Shown: in pieces, positions 8,465-17,139 of the stretch
Numbering within the stretch: the first letter of the stretch is position 1
Layout of the letters: every line of letters starts with the position of its first letter
Source of the DNA: Anaerococcus sp.
GTDB taxonomy: Bacteria > Bacillota > Clostridia > Tissierellales > Peptoniphilaceae
Assembly (NCBI RefSeq): GCF_030825785.1
Contig: NZ_JAPJPG010000001.1
Location: 3,335 to 67,334, forward strand
Length of the DNA: 64,000 nucleotides
Direction: 5' to 3'
Notes under the pieces: model-generated
Told to the model about the DNA's origin: nothing
The model's input: only the letters and a program-made list of their open reading frames with translations
Database searches by the model: none
Translations under genes and position numbers: made by a program

Positions 8465-9292
8465 CTATCTTAGTTTAAATATTGGGATTACTGCTCCCTT
8501 GAATTCGTCTTCTATGACCTTTTTAGTTTCATCTGTTAGATAATAGTTTTCTATGAAGTTTTTGATATCTTTGTTATCTTTGTTATTTTCTTTGACTGCA
8601 ATTACATTTATAAAGTTCTTGGCTCTTTCATTTTCTGGATCTTCAAGAAAGATTGAATCTTCTGTTGGGGAAAGTCCCGCCTCCATTGCCATGTCAGAGT
8701 TTATTAGAGCTGCATCCACATCTTCTAGGGCCCTCGATACTTGGTCTGCTGGAAGCTCTACAAATTCAATATTTTTAGGATTTTCTTCTATATCATCTAG
8801 AGTTATAAAGTCTCCGCTTCCATCTTTGATCTTAATTACTCCTGCAGATTCCAAGATGTATAGGGCCCTGGAGTTATTTGATACTTCAACTGGTATGGCA
8901 ATCTTTCCTCCTTCAGGAACTTCTTCTATATCTTTAATCTTTTGTGAGTAAACTCCCATTGGCGATATTATTGTATCTGCAAGATAAGTGAAGTCTGCAT
9001 TTTGGTTTTTATTATAGTCTTCTATAAATATATAGGTTGCAAAGGATGATAGGTCGATGTCTCCGTCCTTTAGGGCATCGTTTGGTTGATTGTAGTCGTT
9101 AAATCTTACAAGCTCAATCTTTTTGCCAGTATCCTTCTCGTATCTTTTGATGGCGTCTTCGTATTCGACATTTCTCTCACCTACTACTCCAAGCTTAAGA
9201 GCTTCCTTGCTTTCGTTTTTCTCTGCCCCGCCACAGCTTGTGATTAAGACCGCCAGGGATAGGGCTGAAAGTAGTCCAAATATTTTTTTCAT
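8465..9292 (-). CDS. metQ: MetQ/NlpA family methionine ABC transporter lipoprotein (copy 1)
   Basis: Lipobox ITSC, FNDYNQPNDAL..GDIDL, IAIP..SN..RAL. Confidence 0.9.
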   Translation of the reverse strand: MKKIFGLLSALSLAVLITSCGGAEKNESKEALKLGVVGERNVEYEDAIKRYEKDTGKKIELVRFNDYNQPNDALKDGDIDLSSFATYIFIEDYNKNQNADFTYLADTIISPMGVYSQKIKDIEEVPEGGKIAIPVEVSNNSRALYILESAGVIKIKDGSGDFITLDDIEENPKNIEFVELPADQVSRALEDVDAALINSDMAMEAGLSPTEDSIFLEDPENERAKNFINVIAVKENNKDNKDIKNFIENYYLTDETKKVIEDEFKGAVIPIFKLR

Positions 9293-9300
9293 ATTTCCTC

Positions 9301-9966
9301 CTAATGACTGGTCTTTCTGATGAGTATATTTGATACTCCTTGGATTATAAATACTATGATTAAGATTATTACTACTGATATTAGGACCACGTCGTCCTTG
9401 TATCTTTGATAGCCTACCGCTATGGCAAGGTCTCCGATTCCTCCTCCACCGATTAGGCCAGCCATTGCTGTAAGGCCTAGTAGGGAGATTAGGGTGATTG
9501 ATGATGCTCTAATTATGGAAGGAAGTCCTTCTCTAAGATAAACTGACCAGATTATCTCAACCGGTCCCTTACCCATCGCTTCTGCTGCTTCTATTACTCC
9601 AGGATCTACTTCTGCAAGAGCCTGTTCGACTTGTTTTGCAAAAAATGGCACTGTTGAAAATATTAATGGAACTATAGCTGCTGTAGGACCTATCCTAGTG
9701 TTAACTATAAGCTTAGTTATTGGTGCAATTAGGGCAAGTAAGATTACAAAGGGGATTGCCCTAAAGGTGTTGGTTATCTTATCAAGTACTGAGTAAAGTT
9801 TTTTATTTTCTAGTATTCTTCCCCTATCTGTCACAACGAGGATTACTCCTAGTATGAGGCCAAAGATTCCTGCAAATATTGCAGAAACGACAAGCATGTG
9901 TAGGGTGGCCCAAGTTTCTTTTACAATCCTATCTGATATAGATAGGGCATAATCAAAGTATCCCAT
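9301..9966 (-). CDS. metI: Methionine ABC transporter permease
   Basis: RAIPFVIL, EAA loop (VIEAAEAMG), TAMAGLIGGGGIGDLA. Confidence 0.93.
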   Translation of the reverse strand: MGYFDYALSISDRIVKETWATLHMLVVSAIFAGIFGLILGVILVVTDRGRILENKKLYSVLDKITNTFRAIPFVILLALIAPITKLIVNTRIGPTAAIVPLIFSTVPFFAKQVEQALAEVDPGVIEAAEAMGKGPVEIIWSVYLREGLPSIIRASSITLISLLGLTAMAGLIGGGGIGDLAIAVGYQRYKDDVVLISVVIILIIVFIIQGVSNILIRKTSH

Positions 9967-10981
9967 CTCTACCTCCTAAAATTCTAATTCTAACGTCTCT
10001 TTCTTCTAGATAAGCAAGTACTTCATCGAGACTACCGTCAGATCCCTTAAATGTTACTATGAGATTCCCAACTGGTGTTTGGCTAATAAATTCTATATTT
10101 GCTGCAAGGATATTGGTCTTTATTCCAAACTTATCATAGATTTCATTTATAAGCGGCTCTGTTGTACTTGCTCCCTTGTAGTTAAGTTGGACTAAGATTT
10201 CGTCTTCTTTTAAGATTCCTATGTTTTCCTTAACTTCTTCTATGGTAGCTTCAACATTAGTTGAAGTTTCTACAAATTCTCTTGTAAGTTCTTCTTTTGG
10301 ATCGGAGAAAATATCCAAGGTATTTCCCTCTTCGATGACCCTTCCTCCTTGCATTACAGCACATTTGTTGCAAAGATCTTTTACAACTTCCATCTGGTGG
10401 GTAATGATTACAATAGTAAGCTTAAGCTTCTCATTAAGCTCTTTAAGGAGGACTAGGATTTGCTTGGTAGTCTTAGGATCTAGGGCACTTGTCGCCTCAT
10501 CGCAAAGAAGGATCTCAGGATCTGAGGCAAGGGCACGGGCTATAGCACATCTTTGCTTTTGCCCTCCAGAAAGCTCTCTAGGGTATGCGTCTGCCTTATC
10601 GCCAATTCCTACAAGCTCTAGAAGTTCCTTGGCCTTTTTAATTTTTTCTTCCTTTGAAATTTTATCTCTCTTGATTGGAAAGATTACATTATCCAAAACT
10701 GTAATATTATTCAAAAGATTGAAATGTTGAAAGATCATTCCTATCTTCTTTCTCCTATCTCTTAAATCCTTCTTTGATAAGTCTAGGAGATTTTCTCCCT
10801 TTACTACAACCTCTCCTTCAGTAGGCCTTTGAAGGAGGTTGATAGTCCTTACAAGAGTTGACTTACCCGCTCCAGAAAAGCCCACAATCCCGTAGGCATC
10901 TTGTTTTTCAATTTTGATACTTACATCATCGACTGCCTTAAAGCCATCAAAGTCGACTGTAATATTCTTTAGCTCAATCAT
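9953..10981 (-). CDS. metN: Methionine ABC transporter ATPase
   Basis: GFSGAGKST, LSGGQKQR, LCDEATSALDP, C-terminal NIL-like domain. Start reassigned to MIELK (10981) because the longer ORF runs through the T-box. Confidence 0.93.
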   Translation of the reverse strand: MIELKNITVDFDGFKAVDDVSIKIEKQDAYGIVGFSGAGKSTLVRTINLLQRPTEGEVVVKGENLLDLSKKDLRDRRKKIGMIFQHFNLLNNITVLDNVIFPIKRDKISKEEKIKKAKELLELVGIGDKADAYPRELSGGQKQRCAIARALASDPEILLCDEATSALDPKTTKQILVLLKELNEKLKLTIVIITHQMEVVKDLCNKCAVMQGGRVIEEGNTLDIFSDPKEELTREFVETSTNVEATIEEVKENIGILKEDEILVQLNYKGASTTEPLINEIYDKFGIKTNILAANIEFISQTPVGNLIVTFKGSDGSLDEVLAYLEERDVRIRILGGRDGIL

Positions 10982-11002
10982 ATTTCCCTTCCTAATATTG
11001 TA

Positions 11003-11255
11003 ATAAAAAAAGTCCCCAGCTTCCCGAAGGAAACTAAGGACGAAAATTCGCGTTACCACCTTAATTCATATGCGCTCACACGCATAGGCACTCATCAAGT
11101 ACAGACATACTCTACTTCTGTAACGGGAAGACCCGTATAGCTCTAATATCGAACTATCCCATCAAAGGCCATCTTCATCTAAATCAACATCCACCCCTTT
11201 CACCAAACGGGGCTCTCTGTAGAACATCTTTCTAGACTACTCTTCTTTTCAAATG
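11003..11255 (-). promoter_or_regulatory. T-box riboswitch, Met (AUG) specifier
   Basis: Minus strand reads GAAGAGTAG...AGAGAG...TGGTGAAA...GAAG-ATG-GCC (specifier 11170-11172), then AAGGTGGTAACGCG and a terminator with T-tract before metN. Confidence 0.92.
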
Positions 11256-11403
11256 GTGTCAAAACTGTATTTATTTGATAATCCTATAATACCATGGTAT
11301 TTTTTCCTTGTCAAATAATTTAAAATAATTTGTATAAGTATTAGTTTTATTATATCTATAACTAAAATTTGCTTAAAGGATCATAGCTTAGTATAATGAT
11401 ATC

Positions 11404-11463
11404 ACATAGGGAATGTAATTAATTTTAACACATAAAAAGCAGGAGCTGCAACTCCTGCTTTTT
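11404..11463 (+). ncRNA. Putative type I antitoxin sRNA (par RNA II-like)
   Basis: Promoter TTGCTT(11369)-17-TATAAT(11392). Contains two blocks complementary to the toxin translation-initiation region. Ends in the bidirectional terminator 11434-11463. Confidence 0.75.
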
Positions 11464-11471
11464 ATTTTGGG

Positions 11472-11573
11472 CTAGTTATCATCATCTAAAAACTTGCTAT
11501 CTAACCACTTACAAACATAGTAACTAGCTATATTTATCGCGATAGCAAACAATAAGGAATGTAATTTTGACAT
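11472..11573 (-). CDS. Fst-like type I toxin, 33 aa (MSKLHSLLFAIAINIASYYVCKWLDSKFLDDDN)
   Basis: RBS AGGAGG. Hydrophobic N-terminus, YYxCKWLD motif and acidic tail. Extended -10 TGCTATAAT at 11620-11628 on the minus strand. Confidence 0.8.
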   Translation of the reverse strand: MSKLHSLLFAIAINIASYYVCKWLDSKFLDDDN

Positions 11574-11732
11574 TTTAACACCTCCTAACTGTTACCAGTA
11601 TAGGGATGATAACAATTTAATTATAGCAGATTTTTATATTTTTTAGGGAAAATTTACCCTTAAAATATAGATAAATTTTCATTTTAGGCCGATAAGTATT
11701 ATAATATAAGTGAATTTATAAAGGGAGGTAAT

Positions 11733-13151
11733 ATGGTAGTATATAATCCAAAATCTAGCAAGGCTAGTGAATTTATTAACCATGAAGAAATTTTAGAGAC
11801 TCTCGATTATGGAAGAGAAAATGCCCATAACAGAGAGCTTATCATAGATATTTTAAATAAGGCAAAAAAGGCTAAGGGCCTAAGTCACAGGGAAGCTTTT
11901 GTGCTTTTATCTTGTAAGGAAGAAGACCTAAACGAGGAGATCTTTAATCTTGCGAAAGAGCTTAAACATAAGTTTTACGCAAATAGAATAGTGCTTTTCG
12001 CACCTTTGTATTTGTCTAACTATTGTGTAAATGGTTGCTCTTACTGTCCTTACCACGGACAAAACAGAACTATTCCAAGAAGAAAGCTAAGCCAAGAAGA
12101 AATTCGTGAGCAGGTTATAGCCCTTCAAGACTTAGGACACAAGAGACTTGCCCTAGAAGCTGGAGAAGATCCAGTAAACAATCCTCTAGAATACATACTA
12201 GAGTCAATTGACACAATCTATAACATAAAACACAAAAACGGAGCTATAAGAAGGGTCAATGTAAATATAGCAGCTACTACTGTTGAAAATTACAGGAAAC
12301 TTCACGAGGCAGAAATAGGAACCTATATCCTCTTCCAAGAAACATACAACAAGGAAAATTACGAATCCCTCCACAAGTTTGGCCCTAAGTCAAACTACGA
12401 ATATCACACTGAAGCTATGGATAGGGCCTTCGAGGGAGGAATCGACGATCTAGGACTTGGAGTTTTGTATGGCCTTGATTCTTATGAGTATGAATTCGTT
12501 GGTCAATTGATGCACGCAGAACACCTTGAGGCGAGATTTAATGTTGGTCCTCACACAATATCTGTTCCTAGAATCCAACCAGCTGATGATATAGATCCAA
12601 ACGACTTCGACAATTCCCTATCTGATGAAATGTTTGAAAAAATCGTAGCCTGCATACGAGTTGCAGCACCATATACTGGTATGATCGTATCTACTAGGGA
12701 AAGTGAAAAGGTACGTGCTAAGCTCTTAGATCTAGGTATTTCCCAAATCTCTGGAGGTTCCAAGACTTCTGTAGGAGGATATACAGAAAATGAAACAAAG
12801 GGTAGTGATCAATTCGAACTATCAGATAACAGAACACTAGATGAAGTAATCGACTGGCTAATATCAAAAGACCACGTTCCAAGCTTCTGTACAGCTTGCT
12901 ACAGGATGGGTAGAACTGGCGAGACCTTTATGGGCATGGTCAAAAAACACGGAATCGGCAATATTTGCCATCCAAACGCCCTAACAACTCTCGAAGAATA
13001 TGTAATAGATTACGCAAGTGATAAGACAGCAAAAGATGCCGAAGCCCTTATCCAAATAGAGCTTAATAACATTCCAAATCCAGAAGTTCGTGAGTCAACT
13101 AGAGAAAATCTAGAAAAAATTAAACAAGGACAAAGAGACCTTTATATCTAA
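11733..13151 (+). CDS. hydG: [FeFe]-hydrogenase maturase, radical SAM
   Basis: FAPLYLSNYCVNGCSYC, IRRVNVNIAATT, C-terminal SFCTACYR...NICHPNAL second cluster motif. Confidence 0.95.
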   Translation: MVVYNPKSSKASEFINHEEILETLDYGRENAHNRELIIDILNKAKKAKGLSHREAFVLLSCKEEDLNEEIFNLAKELKHKFYANRIVLFAPLYLSNYCVNGCSYCPYHGQNRTIPRRKLSQEEIREQVIALQDLGHKRLALEAGEDPVNNPLEYILESIDTIYNIKHKNGAIRRVNVNIAATTVENYRKLHEAEIGTYILFQETYNKENYESLHKFGPKSNYEYHTEAMDRAFEGGIDDLGLGVLYGLDSYEYEFVGQLMHAEHLEARFNVGPHTISVPRIQPADDIDPNDFDNSLSDEMFEKIVACIRVAAPYTGMIVSTRESEKVRAKLLDLGISQISGGSKTSVGGYTENETKGSDQFELSDNRTLDEVIDWLISKDHVPSFCTACYRMGRTGETFMGMVKKHGIGNICHPNALTTLEEYVIDYASDKTAKDAEALIQIELNNIPNPEVRESTRENLEKIKQGQRDLYI

Positions 13152-13152
13152 T

Positions 13153-14301
13153 ATGAAAACGCAAAACAGTGAGAGAGTTCACATTGGAATATTCGGTAAG
13201 ACCAACGCCGGCAAGTCTACCCTCTTAAATTATATGACAGGAACTGATACTGCGATTGTATCGGAAGTTGCTGGAACTACGACAGATCCAGTAAGAAAAG
13301 CCATGGAGATAACAGACTTTGGTCCGGTCCTTTTCATAGATACGGCTGGAGTGTTTGATAAAAGTGTTCTCGGCAGTAAGAGAATTGCCAAAAGTCTAGC
13401 TATAATAGATAAGTGCGATATCTTTATATACTGCTTAAGCCTTGATGAAGATTTTGAAATCTTAAAGGAAATAAAAAAGAAAAATAAGCCAATAATCTAT
13501 GTAGCAGGCAAGCAAGATAGGGATGAAGGGGCTAAGATTTACGAAAAATACAAGGCTCTCTCCCCTATCCCAATCGATGTGATAAATAAGGATGACAGGC
13601 TAAAGATCTTCGCTAAGATAAAAAATCTTTACAAAAAAGAAGACCTAACCATCACCAGAAATCTCGTAAATAGCGGTGATGTAGTCCTTCTAGTAATCCC
13701 ACAGGATAAGGCGGCCCCAAAGGGAAGGCTCATCAAGCCTCAGGTTATGACTATAAGAGAGCTTATAGATAAGAAGGCTACTTCCATAGCTTGTGACCTC
13801 GATAGCCTAGAAAACACACTAAAGGCCTTAAAGGATAAGCCAGACCTTGTAATCTGTGACTCACAGGTTTTTAAGGAAACAAAAGATCTACTAGAAGAAG
13901 GAACAAGACTTACTAGCTTCTCCATTCTATTTTCTGCCTTTAAGGGAGACTTAGACTATTTTATAGATTCTGTAAAAAGACTTGATAGGCCTTTAGAAAA
14001 AATACTAATATCAGAAGCCTGCACCCATCCTCCAATCGATGAGGACATAGGAACCGTCAAGATTCCAAAGATGTTAAAGAAAAAATATCCAGAGCTTAAA
14101 ATAGAATTTAATAGGGGCGATGATCCAATCGACTACGACAAATATGACCTAATCATATCTTGTGGTGCTTGTATGTTCAATAGGACTACCATGCTAAGCA
14201 AGGTATCTGAGGCCAAGAAAAGAAATATCCCTATGACCAATTACGGCATAACCATAGCCTATCTTAAGGGAATCCTCGAAGACGTATCTTTGCCAGAATA
14301 A
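13153..14301 (+). CDS. hydF: [FeFe]-hydrogenase maturation GTPase
   Basis: GKTNAGKST, GTTTDPV, DTAG, APKGRLI.PQ, EACTH, CGACMFN, TNYG. Confidence 0.95.
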   Translation: MKTQNSERVHIGIFGKTNAGKSTLLNYMTGTDTAIVSEVAGTTTDPVRKAMEITDFGPVLFIDTAGVFDKSVLGSKRIAKSLAIIDKCDIFIYCLSLDEDFEILKEIKKKNKPIIYVAGKQDRDEGAKIYEKYKALSPIPIDVINKDDRLKIFAKIKNLYKKEDLTITRNLVNSGDVVLLVIPQDKAAPKGRLIKPQVMTIRELIDKKATSIACDLDSLENTLKALKDKPDLVICDSQVFKETKDLLEEGTRLTSFSILFSAFKGDLDYFIDSVKRLDRPLEKILISEACTHPPIDEDIGTVKIPKMLKKKYPELKIEFNRGDDPIDYDKYDLIISCGACMFNRTTMLSKVSEAKKRNIPMTNYGITIAYLKGILEDVSLPE

Positions 14302-14349
14302 AATAGACCTAAAAGCTTTTACTTGTACTTAAGGCTTTTAGGTCTTTTC

Positions 14350-15393
14350 TTATGAGTATTTTCTTGTTTTCTTATCGTAGGTTATTACATCTCCCCTGTC
14401 GGTTACGATTTCGTATCCTGCATTTTTTATCCTAAGTTCAAGGCATGACCTGCATTCTGCCGCCTCATCTCCTGTACAGATTTTATTATCATAGAGAGAG
14501 TATTTCTCCCTAACCATGGTTGGTGAAAGATTAGGCATTAGGACATTGGCCCCTGCTTGAAGACCTCTTTCTCTTCCCAAGGGATTGATTGTTCCTAGGG
14601 CAGTTGTAGCCGGTATTAGGGCATAAGGGAAAAGAATCCTAAGGATTGAGACAAGTCTTAGGGTCATCTCAAATGATCCATTAGGAAAGTCCCTGAAGGG
14701 AGTGTCATGCTGGGTCATATAAGGACCAATTCCAATCATGGCAGGCTCCAGCTCTTCTAGGAATCTCAAGTCCTTTATAATATCTTCTGTTCTTTGGTAG
14801 GGAGATCCCACCATAAAGCCTCCTCCAACTTGAAAGCCAATTTCTTTTAAGTCTCTTAGGGCTTGTCTCCTACTTTCAAAGCTCATAGTTTCTGGGTGAA
14901 GCCTCGAGTAATGGTCCTTGTCTGAAGTCTCCTGCCTTAGAAGATATCTATCGGCTCCAACCTCAAACAATTTCTTATAAGATGCGTAAGATCTTTCTCC
15001 CAAAGATAGGGTGATGGCCACATCATCGTGGAGATTTTTGATCTTTTTTACAATGTCAATGAACATATCATCTGTGAAATGACCATCCTCACCTCCCTGG
15101 AGGACAAAAGTCCTGTATCCAAGCTTATAGCCAAGGTCTGCACAAGCTAGAATCTCTTCTTCGCTAAGCCTATATCTTTCGACCTTGTCGTTGGACTTTC
15201 TTATTCCACAATAGTAACAATCGTTCTTGCATATATTTGAAAACTCTATTAGACCCCTGACAAAGACCTTATCTCCATAGATTTCTTTTCTAATAGCATC
15301 TGCCTTCTTGTTAAGCTCATCTGTGAGGGATTCGTCTTCTATCCATCTTTTTAGAGTTTCGTCATCGTAGTGTTTGTTATTCTTAAGTTCCAT
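14350..15393 (-). CDS. hydE: [FeFe]-hydrogenase maturase, radical SAM
   Basis: RGLIEFSNICKNDCYYCGIR, ADRYLLR, PATTAL, GANVLMPNLSP, YSLYDNKIC. Confidence 0.93.
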   Translation of the reverse strand: MELKNNKHYDDETLKRWIEDESLTDELNKKADAIRKEIYGDKVFVRGLIEFSNICKNDCYYCGIRKSNDKVERYRLSEEEILACADLGYKLGYRTFVLQGGEDGHFTDDMFIDIVKKIKNLHDDVAITLSLGERSYASYKKLFEVGADRYLLRQETSDKDHYSRLHPETMSFESRRQALRDLKEIGFQVGGGFMVGSPYQRTEDIIKDLRFLEELEPAMIGIGPYMTQHDTPFRDFPNGSFEMTLRLVSILRILFPYALIPATTALGTINPLGRERGLQAGANVLMPNLSPTMVREKYSLYDNKICTGDEAAECRSCLELRIKNAGYEIVTDRGDVITYDKKTRKYS

Positions 15394-15399
15394 ATAGAT

Positions 15400-15681
15400 T
15401 TATTTACTCTTCTTTTTCTCTTTATCTTTTTTCTTCTTGTCTTTTTTCTTTTTCTTGGATTCATTTGCCTTAATAGCCTTTTTTTCGACCTTTTTCATAA
15501 ATTCATCAGAGTCTTTTACCTTAACAAATTTTGACTTAATCTCTCCAAAGGATGTATCTTTCTGCCCCTTCTTGCAATGACCAATACAGCCTGTCTTTAG
15601 TTTGAATCCATATTCGTCGCTAAGTTTTTCTAGCTTATCTATATCAACGTTTGAGCATTTTTTGCACACTTTTACTTTCAT
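15400..15681 (-). CDS. Small Cys-containing protein (DUF1450/YuzB-like) with Lys-rich tail
   Basis: KVCKKC...GCIGHC pattern. RBS AGGAG. Confidence 0.55.
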   Translation of the reverse strand: MKVKVCKKCSNVDIDKLEKLSDEYGFKLKTGCIGHCKKGQKDTSFGEIKSKFVKVKDSDEFMKKVEKKAIKANESKKKKKDKKKKDKEKKKSK

Positions 15682-15828
15682 AAAAACTCCTATAAAAAAA
15701 TCAGGAGACTCTTGCGAGATTGCAACAGCCTCCTTGGGTTTGGTAAAATAAATTCACTAATAATATACTGCTGTTACTCATATTTGCAAACAGGATCTAG
15801 CTTGTATATTCTTTAAATTTTAATAATC

Positions 15829-16443
15829 CTAGTCCCTAAAAAGCTTGTAGGGAAACTTGGATTTTTTGACTCTTATAATATAATCTTCCAAGTCTTTCTT
15901 AAGTTTAGGGAGGAAATATTCTTCTAATTCATAATATCTTTCCCTAAAATTAGCTGGATAGTATTCATCTAAGAAAAGATCCATCCCTTTCTTAAGTCCT
16001 ACAAAGTTCTCATCAAATATCATATAAAGATACTGGACTAGATAGTCATAGTCTGTGTACTCATAACTATATAAGAAATTTCTTAAAAATTCCTTCTCTT
16101 TTGGATCTAGGTCGTAAATATCTTTGTAAAGCTCTAAGTTCTTTAGGGGAAAGCTCTGGCTTATGGCAACCTTCGCTGGAAAATAATATGAATCAGCCCT
16201 AAGGATCTTGAATCCTTCTAGAAATTCATTTTTACAAGCAGAAGACTTGCCAATCTGAGCAAGTGAGGCAGAAGCTAGGGCTATATCTGGATCAAGTCCC
16301 AAGTCTTTAGCCATTTTTTCTGCAGTTTTTCCGCAAAGCCAGGATTTAATAATCCACCTATCAGACTTATCCCTAAAGGCTTTTTCTAAATAATCTATTA
16401 TCTTGTCCTTGTTGGGAATATTCCCATATCCTTCTTTATACAT
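15829..16443 (-). CDS. HD-domain-like protein lacking the metal ligands
   Basis: AEKMA..LGLDPDIA..ASLAQIGK aligns with the LDPE.A...GLLHDIG pattern. Y.DYD.L follows. Confidence 0.5.
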   Translation of the reverse strand: MYKEGYGNIPNKDKIIDYLEKAFRDKSDRWIIKSWLCGKTAEKMAKDLGLDPDIALASASLAQIGKSSACKNEFLEGFKILRADSYYFPAKVAISQSFPLKNLELYKDIYDLDPKEKEFLRNFLYSYEYTDYDYLVQYLYMIFDENFVGLKKGMDLFLDEYYPANFRERYYELEEYFLPKLKKDLEDYIIRVKKSKFPYKLFRD

Positions 16444-17131
16444 CTAATCTCATCTTTCCATAAGCGTAGGTCTTAGCGGACTCCTCTTCTAGGGCAAAGG
16501 AGAATTCATCTTTCGATTTTTTACCTAAGGCCCTTACGCCTTTTTTATTTCTAATTTCATTTCTGTAAACTAATTTGATATAGCCTATGTCTTTAGCAAA
16601 GACATCCGAAAGTTCATTGATATAGTCAAAGTAAACTGCATTATTTACATGGAAATTTGTATCTATATCTGCCTTTCTAATTTGTATATCCTTGATATAG
16701 TCAAGGTCTTTTTCTAGTTTTACGTCGTAAGAAATAAATACTTCCTCTTCCCTGCCATAGGCCTTTACTAGCTCATCAAGGATTTTCACCGGACGAAGCC
16801 TATCTATATCCATCAATAAAAACACCGACTTAGCTAGGGCAAGAATTTCTCCATTCTTTTCTACCACAAAATCCCTATAGGCATAAAACCTATTCATATG
16901 GGTGGGTATGGTTGTGATTTCTATCTTATCATCAAGCTTTACGTGTTTTTTGATATCTATCTCCCACGAATAAGCAATCCATCTGAACTTTTCCATATCG
17001 ATATCTTTTTCGAGAATACTTGCTTGCTCGAAGCTAACATCAAACATCAAACTTGCTAGATTTCTCATGGTCAAATAGCCATAGCGGTCACAGAACATAT
17101 GTCCTATAGAATATTTTTTCTTATATTTCAT
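16436..17131 (-). CDS. Acyl-ACP thioesterase
   Basis: DIDTNFHVNNAVY catalytic motif and RFYAYRDF. Confidence 0.88.
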   Translation of the reverse strand: MKYKKKYSIGHMFCDRYGYLTMRNLASLMFDVSFEQASILEKDIDMEKFRWIAYSWEIDIKKHVKLDDKIEITTIPTHMNRFYAYRDFVVEKNGEILALAKSVFLLMDIDRLRPVKILDELVKAYGREEEVFISYDVKLEKDLDYIKDIQIRKADIDTNFHVNNAVYFDYINELSDVFAKDIGYIKLVYRNEIRNKKGVRALGKKSKDEFSFALEEESAKTYAYGKMRLDV

Positions 17132-17139
17132 AATTCTTC

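Noticed and set aside
10982..11059. N-terminal extension of metN in the ORF track
   Set aside because: It overlaps the T-box antiterminator and terminator. The real start is the ATG at 10981.
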